A stretch of DNA of 63,971 nt, filler included, from Octopus bimaculoides (lineage: Eukaryota), in the NCBI RefSeq assembly GCF_001194135.2. It is 6 parts of 5 records of this genome, joined end to end, with 100 filler letters (N's around TTAATTAATTAA, not from the genome) between each part and the next. Parts side by side here need not be neighbours in the genome. Positions count along the whole stretch, not along the records: positions 1 to 28,032 come from NC_068992.1; 5 more parts are not named here. One strand, given 5' to 3'. The translations under genes and the position numbers were made by a program. The notes under the pieces are model-generated. The model saw only the letters and a list, made by a program, of their open reading frames with translations. It searched no databases and had not been told where the DNA came from. Shown piece after piece: positions 13,406-26,888 of this stretch. Position 1 is the first letter of the stretch. Each line of letters starts with the position of its first letter.

Positions 13406-13950
13406 AGCGGCGTTTGGCTTAATGCGCTGCCATCATTCGCAACTGGCACTCAGATTGATAGAGACTGCTTGTGCATGGCTTTTTCATGAAGCTTGGTTTC
13501 CAGAGCTGTGAGACTCATGAATTCTGTTGCAGAACCATTTTAACAAGATCATAAAGCATGACTTACAAGCCATAGACTTCATTGTCCGGCTGGACCCAGA
13601 GCGGCTAGATCGAGAAAACGGCAAAAGTTCGGACAGTATAACAATTTTTCCGTTCCATCGCTGTAGGCCTCTCATCTGGGGTGCCACATGCTGTGACACC
13701 TCCTTCAACAGCATCTTTGTATTGGCAGCTATCAGCTCAAACTCTGCTGTTCGTCAGACTCAGAAAAGCAAACTGTCATACTATTGTCGCTCTCTGACAG
13801 GTTTATAGTTGAGCCTGTAGCAGTTGCGACATCCTGTGTTTTTGGCCCTTGGACCATATACCCGCTCACCGTGATTCAGAGTGGCTGCTCCAGTGCATCT
13901 CCTTCGCTATCCTCCTGGGTTATACCTTTTCTAGTTTGGCTGTTGGTACC
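13406..13950 (+). mobile_element. CRE-like (RLE-bearing) non-LTR retrotransposon C-terminal fragment
   Basis: SGVWLNALPSFATGTQID...HFNKIIKHDLQ...LDPERLDRENGKSSDSITIFPFHRCRPLIWGATCCDT...PVAVATSCVFGP matches the CRE-type pattern SGAWLxALP...LEPxGLxRxDGKRPDGxTxxPWxxGxxLxWDATCxDT...PxAxETxGVxGP. The catalytic PD motif has decayed to SD. Confidence 0.75.
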
Positions 13951-14694
13951 ATGAGAATTTTTTTTATATAGTGAGAGCCAAAAACTCTCTGTGAATCATT
14001 CCATTTTGACTTAAATCGCCCTGTTATATGATATGAATCGCAGAGTAGATCACCTGCCTAAGTAGTACAACTTCAGTAAATGCAATATTTTTACGAATGA
14101 TATGGATGTAAACATTGTAAATTTTTGTTTTAGTTTTTTTGTCTTTTATTTTATAAATATCACGATATCAAAACTATTGCAAAGATTCATTAAATAGATG
14201 TCGCGCGTCTGAAAAATTTAGCTATAAAACTGCGATATAAACTAGACTTTCATCTAATTGCAAATTATCTATAAAAGAATCTCTATTCTATATTTGCTAT
14301 TTGCTCAATGTCGCTCATGAAAACGCCGCAATTTTAATGCCTTTGCAGTAAAGTGCACATGTTTCCAAATGTATAATAATGTTGTGATGGTGAGAAATAC
14401 ATCAATCAAAAAAATTTTTATATTACTGCTTTATTCTTACAATATTTTCCAGAAAAAAAAAATCAACTTGGAATAGTGGTTGTTCTCTGATTTTTGGTTA
14501 CTCTTGTTTTTCACAGACGTTGATTGCAAAATGACATGCAGAACATCTGCGTTGAGATAACGGAAGAAAGTCCTATGTAGTGATTTTGAGATGGTTTAAG
14601 AAATCTCTGGCAAATAGTTATCCTCATTGAAGAGAAGTGGATGATTTGCCACGAACCTATCTATCTTTCTACTACTTATTTTTATATGTATAGT

Positions 14695-14821
14695 CACTCG
14701 CAACACTATGGTCACCCGAAGCTACAGTAGAAGACACTTGCCCAAGGTGTCACGCCGTGGCACCGAACTGGATTCATGTGCTTGAGAAGCAAACGTCTTA
14801 CCACACAACCGCACCTGTGCC
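14695..14821 (-). mobile_element. SINE family A, 5' (tRNA-head) fragment
   Basis: Shares GTAGAAGACACTTGCCCAAGGTG...CTTACCACAC with the other A copies. Confidence 0.75.
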
Positions 14822-14891
14822 TTCACACACACACACACACACAACATACCTACATATGAGCACATTCCATACATATTCAAAAATATGTCAC

Positions 14892-14963
14892 GGACATATG
14901 GCGTAGTGGTTAAGAGCGCAGGCTACTAACCCCAAGATTCCGAGTTCGATTCCAGGCGGTGAT

Positions 14964-15007
<44 letters not shown>

Positions 15008-15203
15008 CAACAACATAGAAAAATACCTTAAGATTGAGAACCGAGGTTCGAAATTTTCCGAAGACACCTGATGAGGGCTGGAGGGTATAGCAGCTGAAAC
15101 GTTGTATTAACAACAAACAAGATGAGGACAAATATCTGTCAATTGTAAATAACATAAATGATGTACATAACGTACATAATTTCTCATCTCTTAAATATAG
15201 AAC
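14892..15203 (+). mobile_element. tRNA-headed, hammerhead-tailed non-autonomous element, copy 1
   Basis: A-box TGGCGTAGTGG 14899-14909, B-box GTTCGATTC 14944-14952, an (AAT)n spacer, then an HHR and a tail ending CTCATCTCTTAAATATAGAA. Colinear with 55588-55893. Confidence 0.8.
15063..15108 (+). ncRNA. Minimal type I hammerhead motif (degenerate copy)
   Basis: GACAC-CUGAUGA-G-GGCUG(loop)CAGCU-GAAAC-GUU-GUAUU. One stem I mismatch and a G.U pair at 10.1/11.1 relative to the 55762 copy. Confidence 0.6.
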
Positions 15204-15204
15204 T

Positions 15205-15900
15205 TAAAAAGGAAAGCTACATCTTAAGAATTGGAGAAGAACTATTAACTACTGTACAGCCCCATGCGACGCAAAGGAGAAGCTTAGCGGAAAGGCAGCT
15301 ATCATACCAACAAAAAGCTGTGCATGGGTGCATATCTCGTATCCTAGAGGGCAACAAAGAGGTGTAGCCTCGCCTGGACTTGCAATAGATAGATACATTA
15401 CAACCCCACTTGAAAAGATATGCCTTCACTATCTACAAACAGGAGATAGCTACTAAATACATGATAAACAAGAGGGACAAAGATATCACCTCCACGTTGT
15501 GATAAAAAAATAAAAATGCTGGCTCTGCTATACCACTACGGAAAATATCGGCCACATCATCAGTAGCTTCCCCAAAATGTCTACAGGATACTACCTACAC
15601 CCGAGGCATTGTATAGTTGCAAAGGCTATTTAAAATGCTATCAGTGGGAAGTATATATCAAAGGAATGTCAGAACCAGCAGGTATCCGCACCTTTCAAAA
15701 CGAGAAATACCGGTGGAAAATCCCACCGGAAGGTGCGGTCTATGTGATATGGAAAGATGGCTTGTCTGGAAATGCGGCTTAGACTCCGCCATATGTCTAT
15801 ATTCAAAGACTAAACTTTTCGGATCATGTCCATATGTGACCAAATATTTGCTACGTTTTTGGTCCCACTGAGTTTACTGAGAGGACTTACTTTCTATTTT
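15205..15900 (+). mobile_element. R4/Dong-like non-LTR retrotransposon C-terminal fragment (CCHC knuckle region)
   Basis: KAVHGCISRILE...KQEIATKYMINKRDK...KCWLCYTTTENIGHIISSFPKMSTGYYLHPRHCIVAKAI fits the R4-clade pattern KxMHG...QEQxIxTKY...CRxCxxxxExxxHIISxCPxM...YLxxRHDxVAK. Multiple stops and frameshifts. Confidence 0.7.
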
Positions 15901-16915
15901 TGTGTCTATGTATAAGCTTTTTGTTTCTCTATACTTATTACTTACATTTCTTATATTTTTTAATATTTTTTTCTGATAGGACCTGCTGATAGGACTGTAC
16001 TGATAGGATTTGCTTTCTATATTGTGTCTATTTATAGGCTTTTTACCCTTCTATACTTTTTACTTGGACTCTATATTTTTATATATTTTTCATATTTTTT
16101 TATTAATTTTTTAATATTTTTTTACATAATTATAGAGTTAATGTTTTTGTATTTTTTCCACACATATTTTTCAGTTTTCTCCCCTCCACCCTGTTTTTCC
16201 CTGTACGTCTATAGACACGTAAATGGAACGTTATATGTGCGCGCTTGTGAGTGTGTGGTTCTGTGCGTGTGCATGCGTATATAGATATATATGCGTGCAT
16301 GCGATAATATGCGCAGTTTTAGACGTGTTTTGACCTTATAGCTTTCCCACACTGTTTCTTGTTTTTAGCCCTATATGAAATAATTTTTTTGGCGTGCGTG
16401 TTTATAGGTGCGGGTTTGTTGTGTGCGTGTGAGTGTGGATGTGTATGCGTGTATATATATGCATGTGTACATATATGTATAGCCTTTAGCGAATGTATGG
16501 GTAAGCATGAGTGTGTTTACATACANNNNNNNNNNAGCGAATGTATGGGTAAGCATGAGTGTGTTTACATACATGTATAGTTTTTGGCGAGTATGTGGGT
16601 GAGCATGTGTGTGTGTTTAAAGCGAGGGTAATTTTAGTATCTAAGTATAGGCGGATGGACGGATTGGTGCGCTTACGTGAACTTATAGACTTCTCTACTC
16701 CCTTACCTTAACCTACTTAGCGGTCTATTAGCTCATTTGTCTTAATGATGGTCACTACACAGTAATTTCCTTTTGTTTAACGGTCATTTTTCACAGGAAT
16801 TCTCAATGGCCGGATAACCGAAGAGATGGTGGCGTGGGCTGCCACCCCGGCATCCGAAACTCGGAGTTTTATCATGGCTACCGAATAAGTGCCACATATT
16901 TTTACNNNNNNNNNN

Positions 16916-16967
<52 letters not shown>

Positions 16968-19049
16968 GATATATATATACTCATATAGAGTACATTCATG
17001 AATGTGTTATTGTCCTGTTGCAACAGGTCTCTTTTATAATTATCATTTGATTCTGTTCGTACTTTAATCTTCATAAAGAGGAAGTGAATTCCATTTGTTT
17101 ATATTGTAATATAGATGAAGATCATAGATATTTGTTTATAGTTATTTATGCATGTTCGTTTATGCTATATATTGAGCACATTTATGTTTATTATTTAAAT
17201 TTATGATCACTCTATAGATATTTTTACCTTGAAATTAACGTTTTATGAGGTTTATGTTTCCTATAATTTTTGCATATAATAATGTTTATGATTTTAATAT
17301 AATAATCTTTCTGCATTATAAACCTATGATTATGAACACAAAAGAAATGCAGAAACGTTTGTAATAGAAATGTACTGCAGTACAGGCCTTTGTTTGATGT
17401 TTTAAAAATCTAATTGTGCATCTAACATGTTAGTAATATACAGAGAAGCATAAACCAAATTGCATTGTATATTATTTAAAGCGAATTTTGCGAAAGCCTT
17501 GCAAATCTAACAATTTTAATTAAATGTTCTATAACGTTGCTACAAAATTGAATGAAGTCATGCATTAATTATTTTGTGCAGAATGTGTTATTTATTTGTG
17601 TTATATTTGCAATAGATACAACGAGTGAATGGGATGATAAAAACAAGATAACAATGCTGTACGTAATTATTTTGCGATTGCCAAAGCACTGTATTTCACT
17701 AGTTGCTCCTTAAATAGATTGTAACATAAACACAAGAGTTCAAACGCGTATGCATTCACATCAGTGAAAATGAATTATAGCCAATCAATGGATTTTGCAG
17801 CACAATATAATTTAACTGCAATCAGTGGAATATTGAGTATAATTAAATATGAACAAGCTCAGATTCCTCAATAAGTTTTCACTTCATATATTATACATAT
17901 ACATACATACATATATATNNNNNNNNNNNNNNNNNNNNNNNNNNNNNNNNNNNNNNNNNNNNNNNNNNNNNNNNNNNNNNNNNNNNNNNNNNNNNNNNNN
18001 NNNNNNNNNNNNNNNNNNNNNNNNNNNNNNNNNNNNNNNNNNNNNNNNNNNNNNNNNNNNNNNNNNNNNNNNNNNNNNNNNNNNNNNNNNNNNNNNNNNN
18101 NNNNNNNNNNNNNNNNNNNNNNNNNNNNNNNNNNNNNNNNNNNNNNNNNNNNNNNNNNNNNNNNNNNNNNNNNNNNNNNNNNNNNNNNNNNNNNNNNNNN
18201 NNNNNNNNNNNNNNNNNNNNNNNNNNNNNNNNNNNNNNNNNNNNNNNNNNNNNNNNNNNNNNNNNNNNNNNNNNNNNNNNNNNNNNNNNNNNNNNNNNNN
18301 NNNNNNNNNNNNNNNNNNNNNNNNNNNNNNNNNNNNNNNNNNNNNNNNNNNNNNNNNNNNNNNNNNNNNNNNNNNNNNNNNNNNNNNNNNNNNNNNNNNN
18401 NNNNNNNNNNNNNNNNNNNNNNNNNNNNNNNNNNNNNNNNNNNNNNNNNNNNNNNNNNNNNNNNNNNNNNNNNNNNNNNNNNNNNNNNNNNNNNNNNNNN
18501 NNNNNNNNNNNNNNNNNNNNNNNNNNNNNNNNNNNNNGATAGATAGATAGATAGGTAAGTAGGTAGGTAGGTAGGTAGGTAGGTAGGTAGGTAGGTAGGT
18601 AGGTAGGTAGGTAGGTAGGTAGGTAGGCAGGTCGGTAGGTATATATGAATATATGTATTCGTCTAACATTAAGAACCTCTATTTGGTTTCATTCCATTAT
18701 TACAATTGTACATAGAGATAACTATAATTGTGGAGTAACATTATGAACAGCCTACACTTTAGAACATTTCACGGCATGTTAAAACACTTGATCTACATTA
18801 ATTGATACTATAAGTTGGGAAAGACTTGCGGCATATTTGTTAACATCATCTGACTAATTAATTCGTTTATAAATTAAACAAAAAGATTAATTATACTCAT
18901 CATCATTATATCGATGTAGTACTGCTGATTTCTCAGTGAAAACGAGCCAAGTCTGGACTGGGACTAGATAAACTAAGCAACGTAGAAATACATAAATATT
19001 GTAAAACAGAATCTCTGTGTATGTATATATACATATTAGGTCCAAAAGT

Positions 19050-19190
19050 TAAATGCCGCTGTGATGGACAGTTCATTTCATCTTTTCCAGGTTGATAAAA
19101 TAAATAAAGGTTGAACAGTGGAATCGAAGTAATCGACTTCCCCTCCCCTTAAAATAGCAGCCCCTGTGTCAAACTTAGGGAGAATTATCA
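19050..19190 (+). mobile_element. SINE family B, 3' fragment
   Basis: TTTCATCTTTTCCAGGTTGATAAAATAA...GTAATCGACTTCCCTCCCC matches the family B body and tail. Confidence 0.6.
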
Positions 19191-19223
19191 TCATCATTTT
19201 TGTTTATATCTTAAGAATCGCAT

Positions 19224-19530
19224 TCAGTCATGAATGACCATGGCTTTGCATCTAGAAAGTTCATCTCCGAGGCAAAATCTGGGCACGGTTATTTTATGAA
19301 AGACCAGTAATCATCCATGCATGCCGGCCTCCCCTCTCCACGTCACTGATATTATCCAAGGGGAAAGCAAAGGCAGATACAGCTTGGCACCAGTGACGTT
19401 GTAACTCATTTCTACAACTGAGAAAACTGGAGGAACGTGAAACAGAGTCTAGATCAAGTACGCAACAGACAGCCCGGTCCGGGAATCGTACGAGAGCCCG
19501 ATGCTCTAACCACTGAGCAATATGCTGCAC
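19224..19530 (-). mobile_element. tRNA-derived SINE, family D
   Basis: The minus strand has a tRNA-like head (GCATATTGCTCAGTGGTTAGAGC...CGATTCCCGGACC) followed by a core (CCAGTTTTCTCAGTTGTAGAAATGAG) shared with 32440-32622. Confidence 0.7.
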
Positions 19531-20151
19531 CTTACTATTATAATAACTACCAAGAAGAATAATGTATATTTAGTCGTTTTCTTTGCATATGCATTAGGTA
19601 CACGTGCGTAAATTCCTGAGAAACAGTTGGAGGTTAAAGTTGAAAAGTCACATTTAAGGGGCATAGTAGATATATTTCGTTTGCATTTAATGTATATTAA
19701 TATATTTTGTTTAGTATAAAATACATTTCGATCGCACTTGAAATGTTTAAATATATTTGTAATTACATTTTATCTTTAATAAATTCGAATTAAAATATCA
19801 TTTGTAAATTATCAGGATGTAAAACAAACTAATGCTTTCAATTTCCAACAAAATATATATTTACATACGACAAGTACAAACGAAAAATATTAACGAGAGG
19901 AAAATTACTGCAGCAGTAAATCATCTGATCCAAATAGGTTTCAAATAAGCAAAAAAAAAAAAAAAAATACGATGTTTTCATTTGAAAATTTGCAGTCTCG
20001 TACCCTGTGATGTTCAAAGTGTTATTAAAGGCATTATAAAAGAACGGTAAGGGATGTTTTAAAATCAAATATTTTAATTTCCAGATCATAATATTGGTTT
20101 CAAATGTACAGCCGAAGGCACCGCTCTAAACAGAATTATAATATAACTTTA

Positions 20152-20338
20152 AAATTTTGGCTCAAGGGAAGGGGTCTAGTCGAGTACATCGATGCTCAGC
20201 TGGTACCTATTTTATCGACCTCGAAAGGGAAAGAATTTATGAATAGATAAGGTCAGCTTCGGTGGGATTTGAACTCAGAGCGTAAAAGCGGACTAAATGT
20301 CGACAGGCATTTTCCACAGCGTGCTGACGACTTCCGTG
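20152..20338 (-). mobile_element. SINE family B abutting the mariner 3' end
   Basis: AAATTTTGGCTCAAGG...TTTTATCGACCTCGAAAGG...GGGATTTGAACTCAG, homologous to 6601-6809. Confidence 0.8.
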
Positions 20339-20339
20339 A

Positions 20340-20975
20340 TAGAAATTTTCCGGTATGCCTCAAAGAATTCGTCCAACCACGTCCTCAATTCCACCCTCAA
20401 TTCCACGTCATTATTGAATGATATACCACATAAAGCGTTCGAAGCGGTCGAAAGTGATGAAAATCTGACAGTACCAAATCTGAAGAGTATAGGGGGATAA
20501 GGCAGCACTTCCCATTCAAGTTCTTAAATCGCGGCTTTGGTCACATTGTCCACCTTTGATTTATGTTGTTTTCGCTCAAAGTGTGTGGCACCCAATCACC
20601 GAGTTTCTGAACATTGCCTATTGACTGAAGGTGGTTCACCACAGTTTTTATTAAACACAATCCATCTACTCTGCCAATTCTCTGGTCGTTTGACGTGGTT
20701 TTCGTGAAGAAGTTGATTTGGCGGGATGTAATTTGAGGCATTGCTACTTCTCCATACACAACACAAATCTCATGAGCAGATTCGGCGGCCTTAACACCTC
20801 GATTAAATACAAAAAACAAGTGATGTAAAAAAAATGCCTAGTTTTGTCTACTTGATATTCCATTTTAGTGATCTGAGAATACACAAAAATCAATAAAATT
20901 AAAAAGTCAAAACACACTAAGTTGTAGAGCAAAACATTCTCTTTTAAATAACATGAAACATTTTGCCAACGCGAT
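20340..20975 (-). mobile_element. Mariner transposon, internally deleted
   Basis: FNRGVKAAESAHEICVVYGE (N-terminal HTH), KLGDWVPHTLSE (WVPHEL motif) and LPYPP...SNALCGISFNNDVELR..WLDEFF (YSPDL-adjacent C-terminus). The catalytic core is deleted. Confidence 0.85.
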
Positions 20976-22263
20976 TTATTTCTGCTACCATATTTAAATA
21001 TGGAAAGGAAAAACGCTCACGAATTATTCAAAACTTACCTGGTAAATGTTAGTGAATAATAGTTTTAATTAGTAGGACATTTACAAAACAAGACACATTC
21101 GTACGTACATATTCACAAGGGCACTCACTCACACACATACCTACACGCACGTATATCTGTAATATAACCCTTTAAACTGTTATTTTGCGAAATTTAGAAT
21201 TAATTAAAAAGGGAAGAAAAGTTGATAATTTTACATTTATATTCTTTTATCGAATGGTGAAATTTTATTCCTGGATCCCATCAGCCATTGTTAGTGTCTT
21301 TGCAGTAAGCTACAAGATATCATATTGATTTTGACTTACATATTTATTATCCAATCGTTGTTCGTGAATAAAAACACTGCTGCGTAACAGTTTCTAACGA
21401 TTAAGTCACAGAATTCAATTGAATGTGATATTGGTAAAGGTTTGCCAAGACCTTCTGTATTCTAAATCAAAGAATTGTCTATTTCCTCGTGCATTTTCAT
21501 ATTGTACGTAAGTTGAAAATTGAGACGTTGCACAGATTTCAAACAATTAAGCAGTAATGTAAATGATAAACAGATTTCAAAACAATTTCTCATAATACAT
21601 ATATACATCTTGACAACAAAGAGTTAGTCTCTTGATTTATGAGTCTGCAAACGAAAGTATTTTTCAATTATAATTGAACATGTTCATAGTTCTCAAATTT
21701 GAATAAACCCACATACACACATATTTTACACACACACCCACAAACACACACAAACACACGCACACACACACACAGACACACTCACATGCATGTATATATC
21801 ATATGATCGCATTTGTATATGTATATATACATTTATAGTACCCATACATATATATATATATATATATATAAACATATATGTGTGTGTTTATGCGTGTGTA
21901 CGTGTGCGTGCGTGCGCGTAGTGTGTTTGGTTAAGTTTATTGCTCTTGATTTCAAGAATAACAACAGAAGTTTACTGACAGGAAGTTTCAAGAATAAATG
22001 TCTCAAAATTTATTATAAAAGTCGATTTGTGGAAATCAAAGCGGATGATATATTATATAATTATTATATTACATATTATATATTATATATATTTACACAT
22101 ACACATATACATGTATGAATGTGTATATATATGTGTGCGTGTGTGTGTTTGTGTGGTTGTGTGTGTGTGTATGTGTGTGCGCATGTACGTGTGTGTATAC
22201 ATATATATATGTATATATATATTTATATATATATATATGTATACATATATATGTACATATACA

Positions 22264-22330
<67 letters not shown>

Positions 22331-22957
22331 ANNNNNNNNNNNNNNNNNNNNNNNNNNNNNNNNNNNNNNNNNNNNNNNNNNNNNNNNNNNNNNNNNNNNN
22401 NNNNNNNNNNNNNNNNNNNNNNNNNNNNNNNNNNNNNNNNNNNNNNNNNNNNNNNNNNNNNNNNNNNNNNNNNNNNNNNNNNNNNNNNNNNNNNNNNNNN
22501 NNNNNNNNNNNNNNNNNNNNNNNNNNNNNNNNNNNNNNNNNNNNNNNNNNNNNNNNNNNNNNNNNNNNNNNNNNNNNNNNNNNNNNNNNNNNNNNNNNNN
22601 NNNNNNNNNNNNNNNNNNNNNNNNNNNNNNNNNNNNNNNNNNNNNNNNNNNNNNNNNNNNNNNNNNNNNNNNNNNNNNNNNNNNNNNNNNNNNNNNNNNN
22701 NNNNNNNNNNNNNNNNNNNNNNNNNNNNNNNNNNNNNNNNNNNNNNNNNNNNNNNNNNNNNNNNNNNNNNNNNNNNNNNNNNNNNNNNNNNNNNNNNNNN
22801 NNNNNNNNNNNNNNNNNNNNNNNNNNNNNNNNNNNNNNNNNNNNNNNNNNNNNNNNNNNNNNNNNNNNNNNNNNNNNNNNNNNNNNNNNNNNNNNNNNNN
22901 NNNNNNNNNNNNNNNNNNNNNNNNNNNNNTGTGTGTGTGTGTGTGTGTGTGTGTCTG

Positions 22958-23156
22958 TGTTTGTCCCCGCAACATCACTTGACAACCGGTGCTGGTTTAT
23001 TTACGTCCCCGTAACTTAGCGGTTCGGCGACAAAGACCGATATAATAAGTACTAGGCTTACAAAGAATAAGTCCTGAAGTCGATTTGCTCGACTAAAGGC
23101 GGTGCTCCAGCATGGCCACAGTCAAATGACTGAAACAAGTAAAAGAGTAAAAGAGT
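22958..23156 (+). mobile_element. SINE family A, 3' half
   Basis: GTCCCCGTAACTTAGCGGTTCGGC...CTCCAGCATGGCCACAGTCAAATGACTGAAACAAGTAAAAGAGTAAAAGAG. The 5' part lies in the gap. Confidence 0.9.
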
Positions 23157-25039
23157 ATACATACATACATATATGCACACACGCACACGCGGATGTATGT
23201 GTGTTTCGTATATTCGGTACAATATTTAATTTATAAAAGTTCACATTGTACTATATACAGACGGTGGTCAAGCAACGGCACACAATACTGTGTCTGCTGA
23301 TTTACTATTCCTATTATGTGCCAGGTATTTTTTATTGTATTATATTATCCTTATATGTTTTATATTGTATTATCTAGTTGGGTTTTTTTTTTATTATATG
23401 TAATACATATATCTTTTATTGAATAACTGTGTAACGCGTTTTAAATGCCGCACACTTCATAGAAAAAATAAACGATGGTCGAATATTGCATGCAAGTACG
23501 TGATAGCATCTACCTGTAAAATCATATTATTTGTTGTGAACTGAACAGTTGACAACGATGAAAATAGCAACTGCGTATTCCACTCTGTGTATTTGTTTTA
23601 AGAGCAGCCTTCTCATCTATGATTTATAACATCGCGGCCATCCCAATACTCTCTCCACCCTACTGAATGGTTAACTATTTCGCAGCTAGTTGACGACTCA
23701 CTGGCTTAATGCTTACACTTCTTTAATTTTGTTTTTATTATCAGTAATATATATCTCTGAATATAAAATAAACTTTGATTTAGTTCCCCTAATCTTCCCT
23801 TATTTTCCGCTGATTTACGACTGAATGCTACAGGTGAAATGCTAAACCGCTGTGTGTATGCTTGTTCGTATCTTTATTTATGCAAGTATGTTGAAACAAC
23901 CTCTGTTCACTACCATACCGTTTAGGCAATCGTGTTCCTTGTGTATTCATCAGAGACACATCAATGACTGGCTACATTATGAAATCGAACCCGCAACTAC
24001 ACGGCACTGAATAGAACTTATTTACCATAAGTTCCATATATACAAATATACAAATACACACAGGCACACAAGCATAAATATGACTGTGTTATGTGCACGT
24101 ATATATACACACACTAATTTATATCCTACTTACCATAAAATTTCTCTTCTAAATTTAAATGTAATTAACCATAAATTAATATGGTTGTGACGTACATATT
24201 TTCGCAAATTAAATCTATATATTTAAGTAATATATATCCAAATTTTATTCATGGATTGGAATGATAACGTCTATGAAAGAATTATCGATGTATGCCTTCA
24301 TAGAATCATTCAAATAAATTATATAATTTTCCCTCCAGTACTATGATGATGGCTTCCATATGGAAATCAGAATTAATTCATTAATTATATCCTATTTTTC
24401 CTTTTAATATATGCATAAAGTTTATAGGGCCATAGGAAAATCATATTTAACCTGTATATTTAACAGTAATTAAACATCTATTCAAATTAACGATGATATG
24501 ATCGGAAACAAAGAAAAGTAAAGAAATTTTTCATTAGATTAGACGGTAAATGTATAAGCAACAAACACTTTTGTGTAATATTTTCTCCTAATGTTATTAG
24601 AACCAAGTTTAACTGATTTATTCTTGAGACATGGCAAAATTTAATTATTGCTGATGACAAAATGATGGAAAGTATTTAGATTTCGTCACAAATTTCCTAG
24701 GTATATTTGCCTAATTGTCTCGAGATGAAAGGAGAAAAAATCAATTGATTCACGAAGAACAACAAATTAATTGGAAGCTAATGTAAATTAATTTATATTT
24801 ATATTGATTTCCACTTCATTTCTAAGAAACAATGCAGTTGTTTCTATTACATGTATCCGATACTGTATGTGTTGTTTTGTTCAGCGTCTACATCGACACT
24901 TTTAGGAATTATCTGAAAGTCTTCTCATGCGTACATATATGTATTTCTATTCACACTATATCTTTTAGTAGTTTACAAGTATAAGCCGCATCAAATATTT
25001 GTTTTTAAAATATTATAATTAATTGAGAATCAATATATT

Positions 25040-26100
25040 TTTCTTTTTCTTAGCGGTAAGTTTCACTAGCGAGGAGAACCTGTTTATCGGCAGAAAAATT
25101 AGCCCTCTTTGTGATGCCAAAATATACTCCAGACTAATGCTCAAACTTGAGTTGCTGATTCCTTTTTTAAAATGTATCAAATCAATTGCTGATGCGTACT
25201 GATATCTGCCAACGATAACAAATCGTCATGTGCACGGTGAGCAGCGTATATATCAGCATGATGATAAACATTCATTTTAATGCGTTCTGGAATCACAAAC
25301 TATTGTTACTCGCGTTAGATTCATTAGCTCTGAGCAGCTTTGGCTGAAGAGAGACAAATGTGTCGAAATAGTAGGTTCCCTGAAGTTTCTTTTCGCTAAA
25401 AAATCGAGTTGTTTTGAACACACATTCATCTGAATGTAGATGTTTATTTCCGATGAGGAAATACAACAGCGATTAGCATATTCTCGTTCGAGTCTGCCGG
25501 AACGTATTAATAGAGAGCGTCTGTGCCATCGTTCTGACTCTTGCGGTTCACCGTACAAATGACAACCTGTTTTCTCTTGACAGATCTCATGACACATCAG
25601 CAAATGATTCTTCTTGCCGAATGTGTATACAAGAATAACCAGCTGCTGTTAAATTCAGTTGCTCCGTATAAAAATAGAGTATCCTGAAGTCACTTCTGTA
25701 TGCCATCTTTCAGACTTTCATTATTCTTCGTGCACAGTATTTATTATTCACATATAGCTTTTAAACATAATTGGTCTCATCTCATAAACTACAGGCGCTT
25801 CTGAGAAAACAAGTAATTTTAAACTCAACATTCATAGATGCTTTCTGGTTGAACAATAATTATCTGCAACGTAAATTATTTTTTGAATAATGTTATCTCT
25901 AAGAGTTTTATTGCTCATTGAGGATCAATAGTGTGATAAACTGTGGGATGCAAGGTCATTGTTCTGTAACATAGGCTTGATATAACACTGCATGTCATAA
26001 GCTAGTAACTTTTATTAAGAGAGTATAAAGAGTACATAGGCTTCTTTGAGCTCCTTACTCCCAGGTGTGAAATTGTTAGCTTGATATCACAAGTTCAATG
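25040..26100 (-). mobile_element. Ancient non-LTR reverse-transcriptase remnant (tentative)
   Basis: Motif-like patches appear in the expected order on the minus strand: FTPGSKELKEA, MRPIM, HLYGEP, KLQGT, HRAHDDLLSLAD (YADD-like), KYIDS. All are degenerate and frameshifted. Confidence 0.35.
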
Positions 26101-26664
26101 TTGGCTGAAAATTGCGAATATATTATTCAATATTAAATAGTAAGGTGCAAAACTAACTCTTAAATAAGCTAGCAAAGTAATGGAAAGTATTGGCTATTGC
26201 AGCAAGAAAGTGTAGCAAAATGTTGGTCAAAGCACATCCGACAGTTTAATATATTGTGTGTAGACTATTGTGATGATCATCGATGATCTCCCGAATGAAC
26301 ATAGAATTCATTGTATGGCAATGTCTATCATTACGATTGCTCTAAGTTCAAACACAACCCCTCAGAATGAGGAAATAACAATATCAGGTACAACCAAACT
26401 ATTACATAGCTTACATGCGGACAAATTCTGTACTAGTTTTTATAAACTGTTATCGATTTTAGACTTACACAAACCTATATACGCTTTGAGTGATCACTTT
26501 CGCTACAAAGTTAACTGTGAGAATTTATATTACATTAAGGAGAAAAGAAAATAGAAAATGTACAACGAAATAGGTTTGTAACAATTTGCTGAATGATACC
26601 ATATATCGATGCACGTGTACCAAGCAAGATGTGAAGTTCTGTAAATGTGTTTACATACATGCAT

Positions 26665-26708
<44 letters not shown>

Positions 26709-26746
26709 GTAGGTAGATAGACAGACAGAGAAAGACAGAGAGGGTT

Positions 26747-26888
26747 GCAGGCGCAGGAGTGGTTTTGTGGTAAGAACCTTGCTTCCCAACCACATGGTTC
26801 CGCCTTCAGTTCCACTGCGTGGCCCCTTGGTGCCGACCAAAGACTTATGAGTGGATCTGTTAGACACAAACTAAAAGAGGGCGGTCAT
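26747..26888 (+). mobile_element. SINE family A, 5' head
   Basis: GGCGCAGGAGTGGTTTTGTGGTAAG...CCAACCACATGGTTCC...GTTCCACTGCGTGGC. Confidence 0.8.

Noticed and set aside
14892-14960. tRNA gene call for the SINE heads (also 43333, 55588)
   Set aside because: A and B boxes are present, but there is no closing acceptor stem or oligo-T terminator, and the sequence continues into repeat bodies. These are SINE heads.
16489-16580. Direct repeat AGCGAATGTATGGGTAAGCATGAGTGTGTTTACATAC on both sides of a 10-N gap
   Set aside because: Probably an unmerged contig overlap. It cannot be distinguished from a real tandem copy without reads.
25030-25062. TTTTTCTTAG|CG|GTAAGT, a 2-nt microexon-like pattern
   Set aside because: Frame-shifting length, and it lies within a putative minus-strand LINE relic. 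Consistent with chance.
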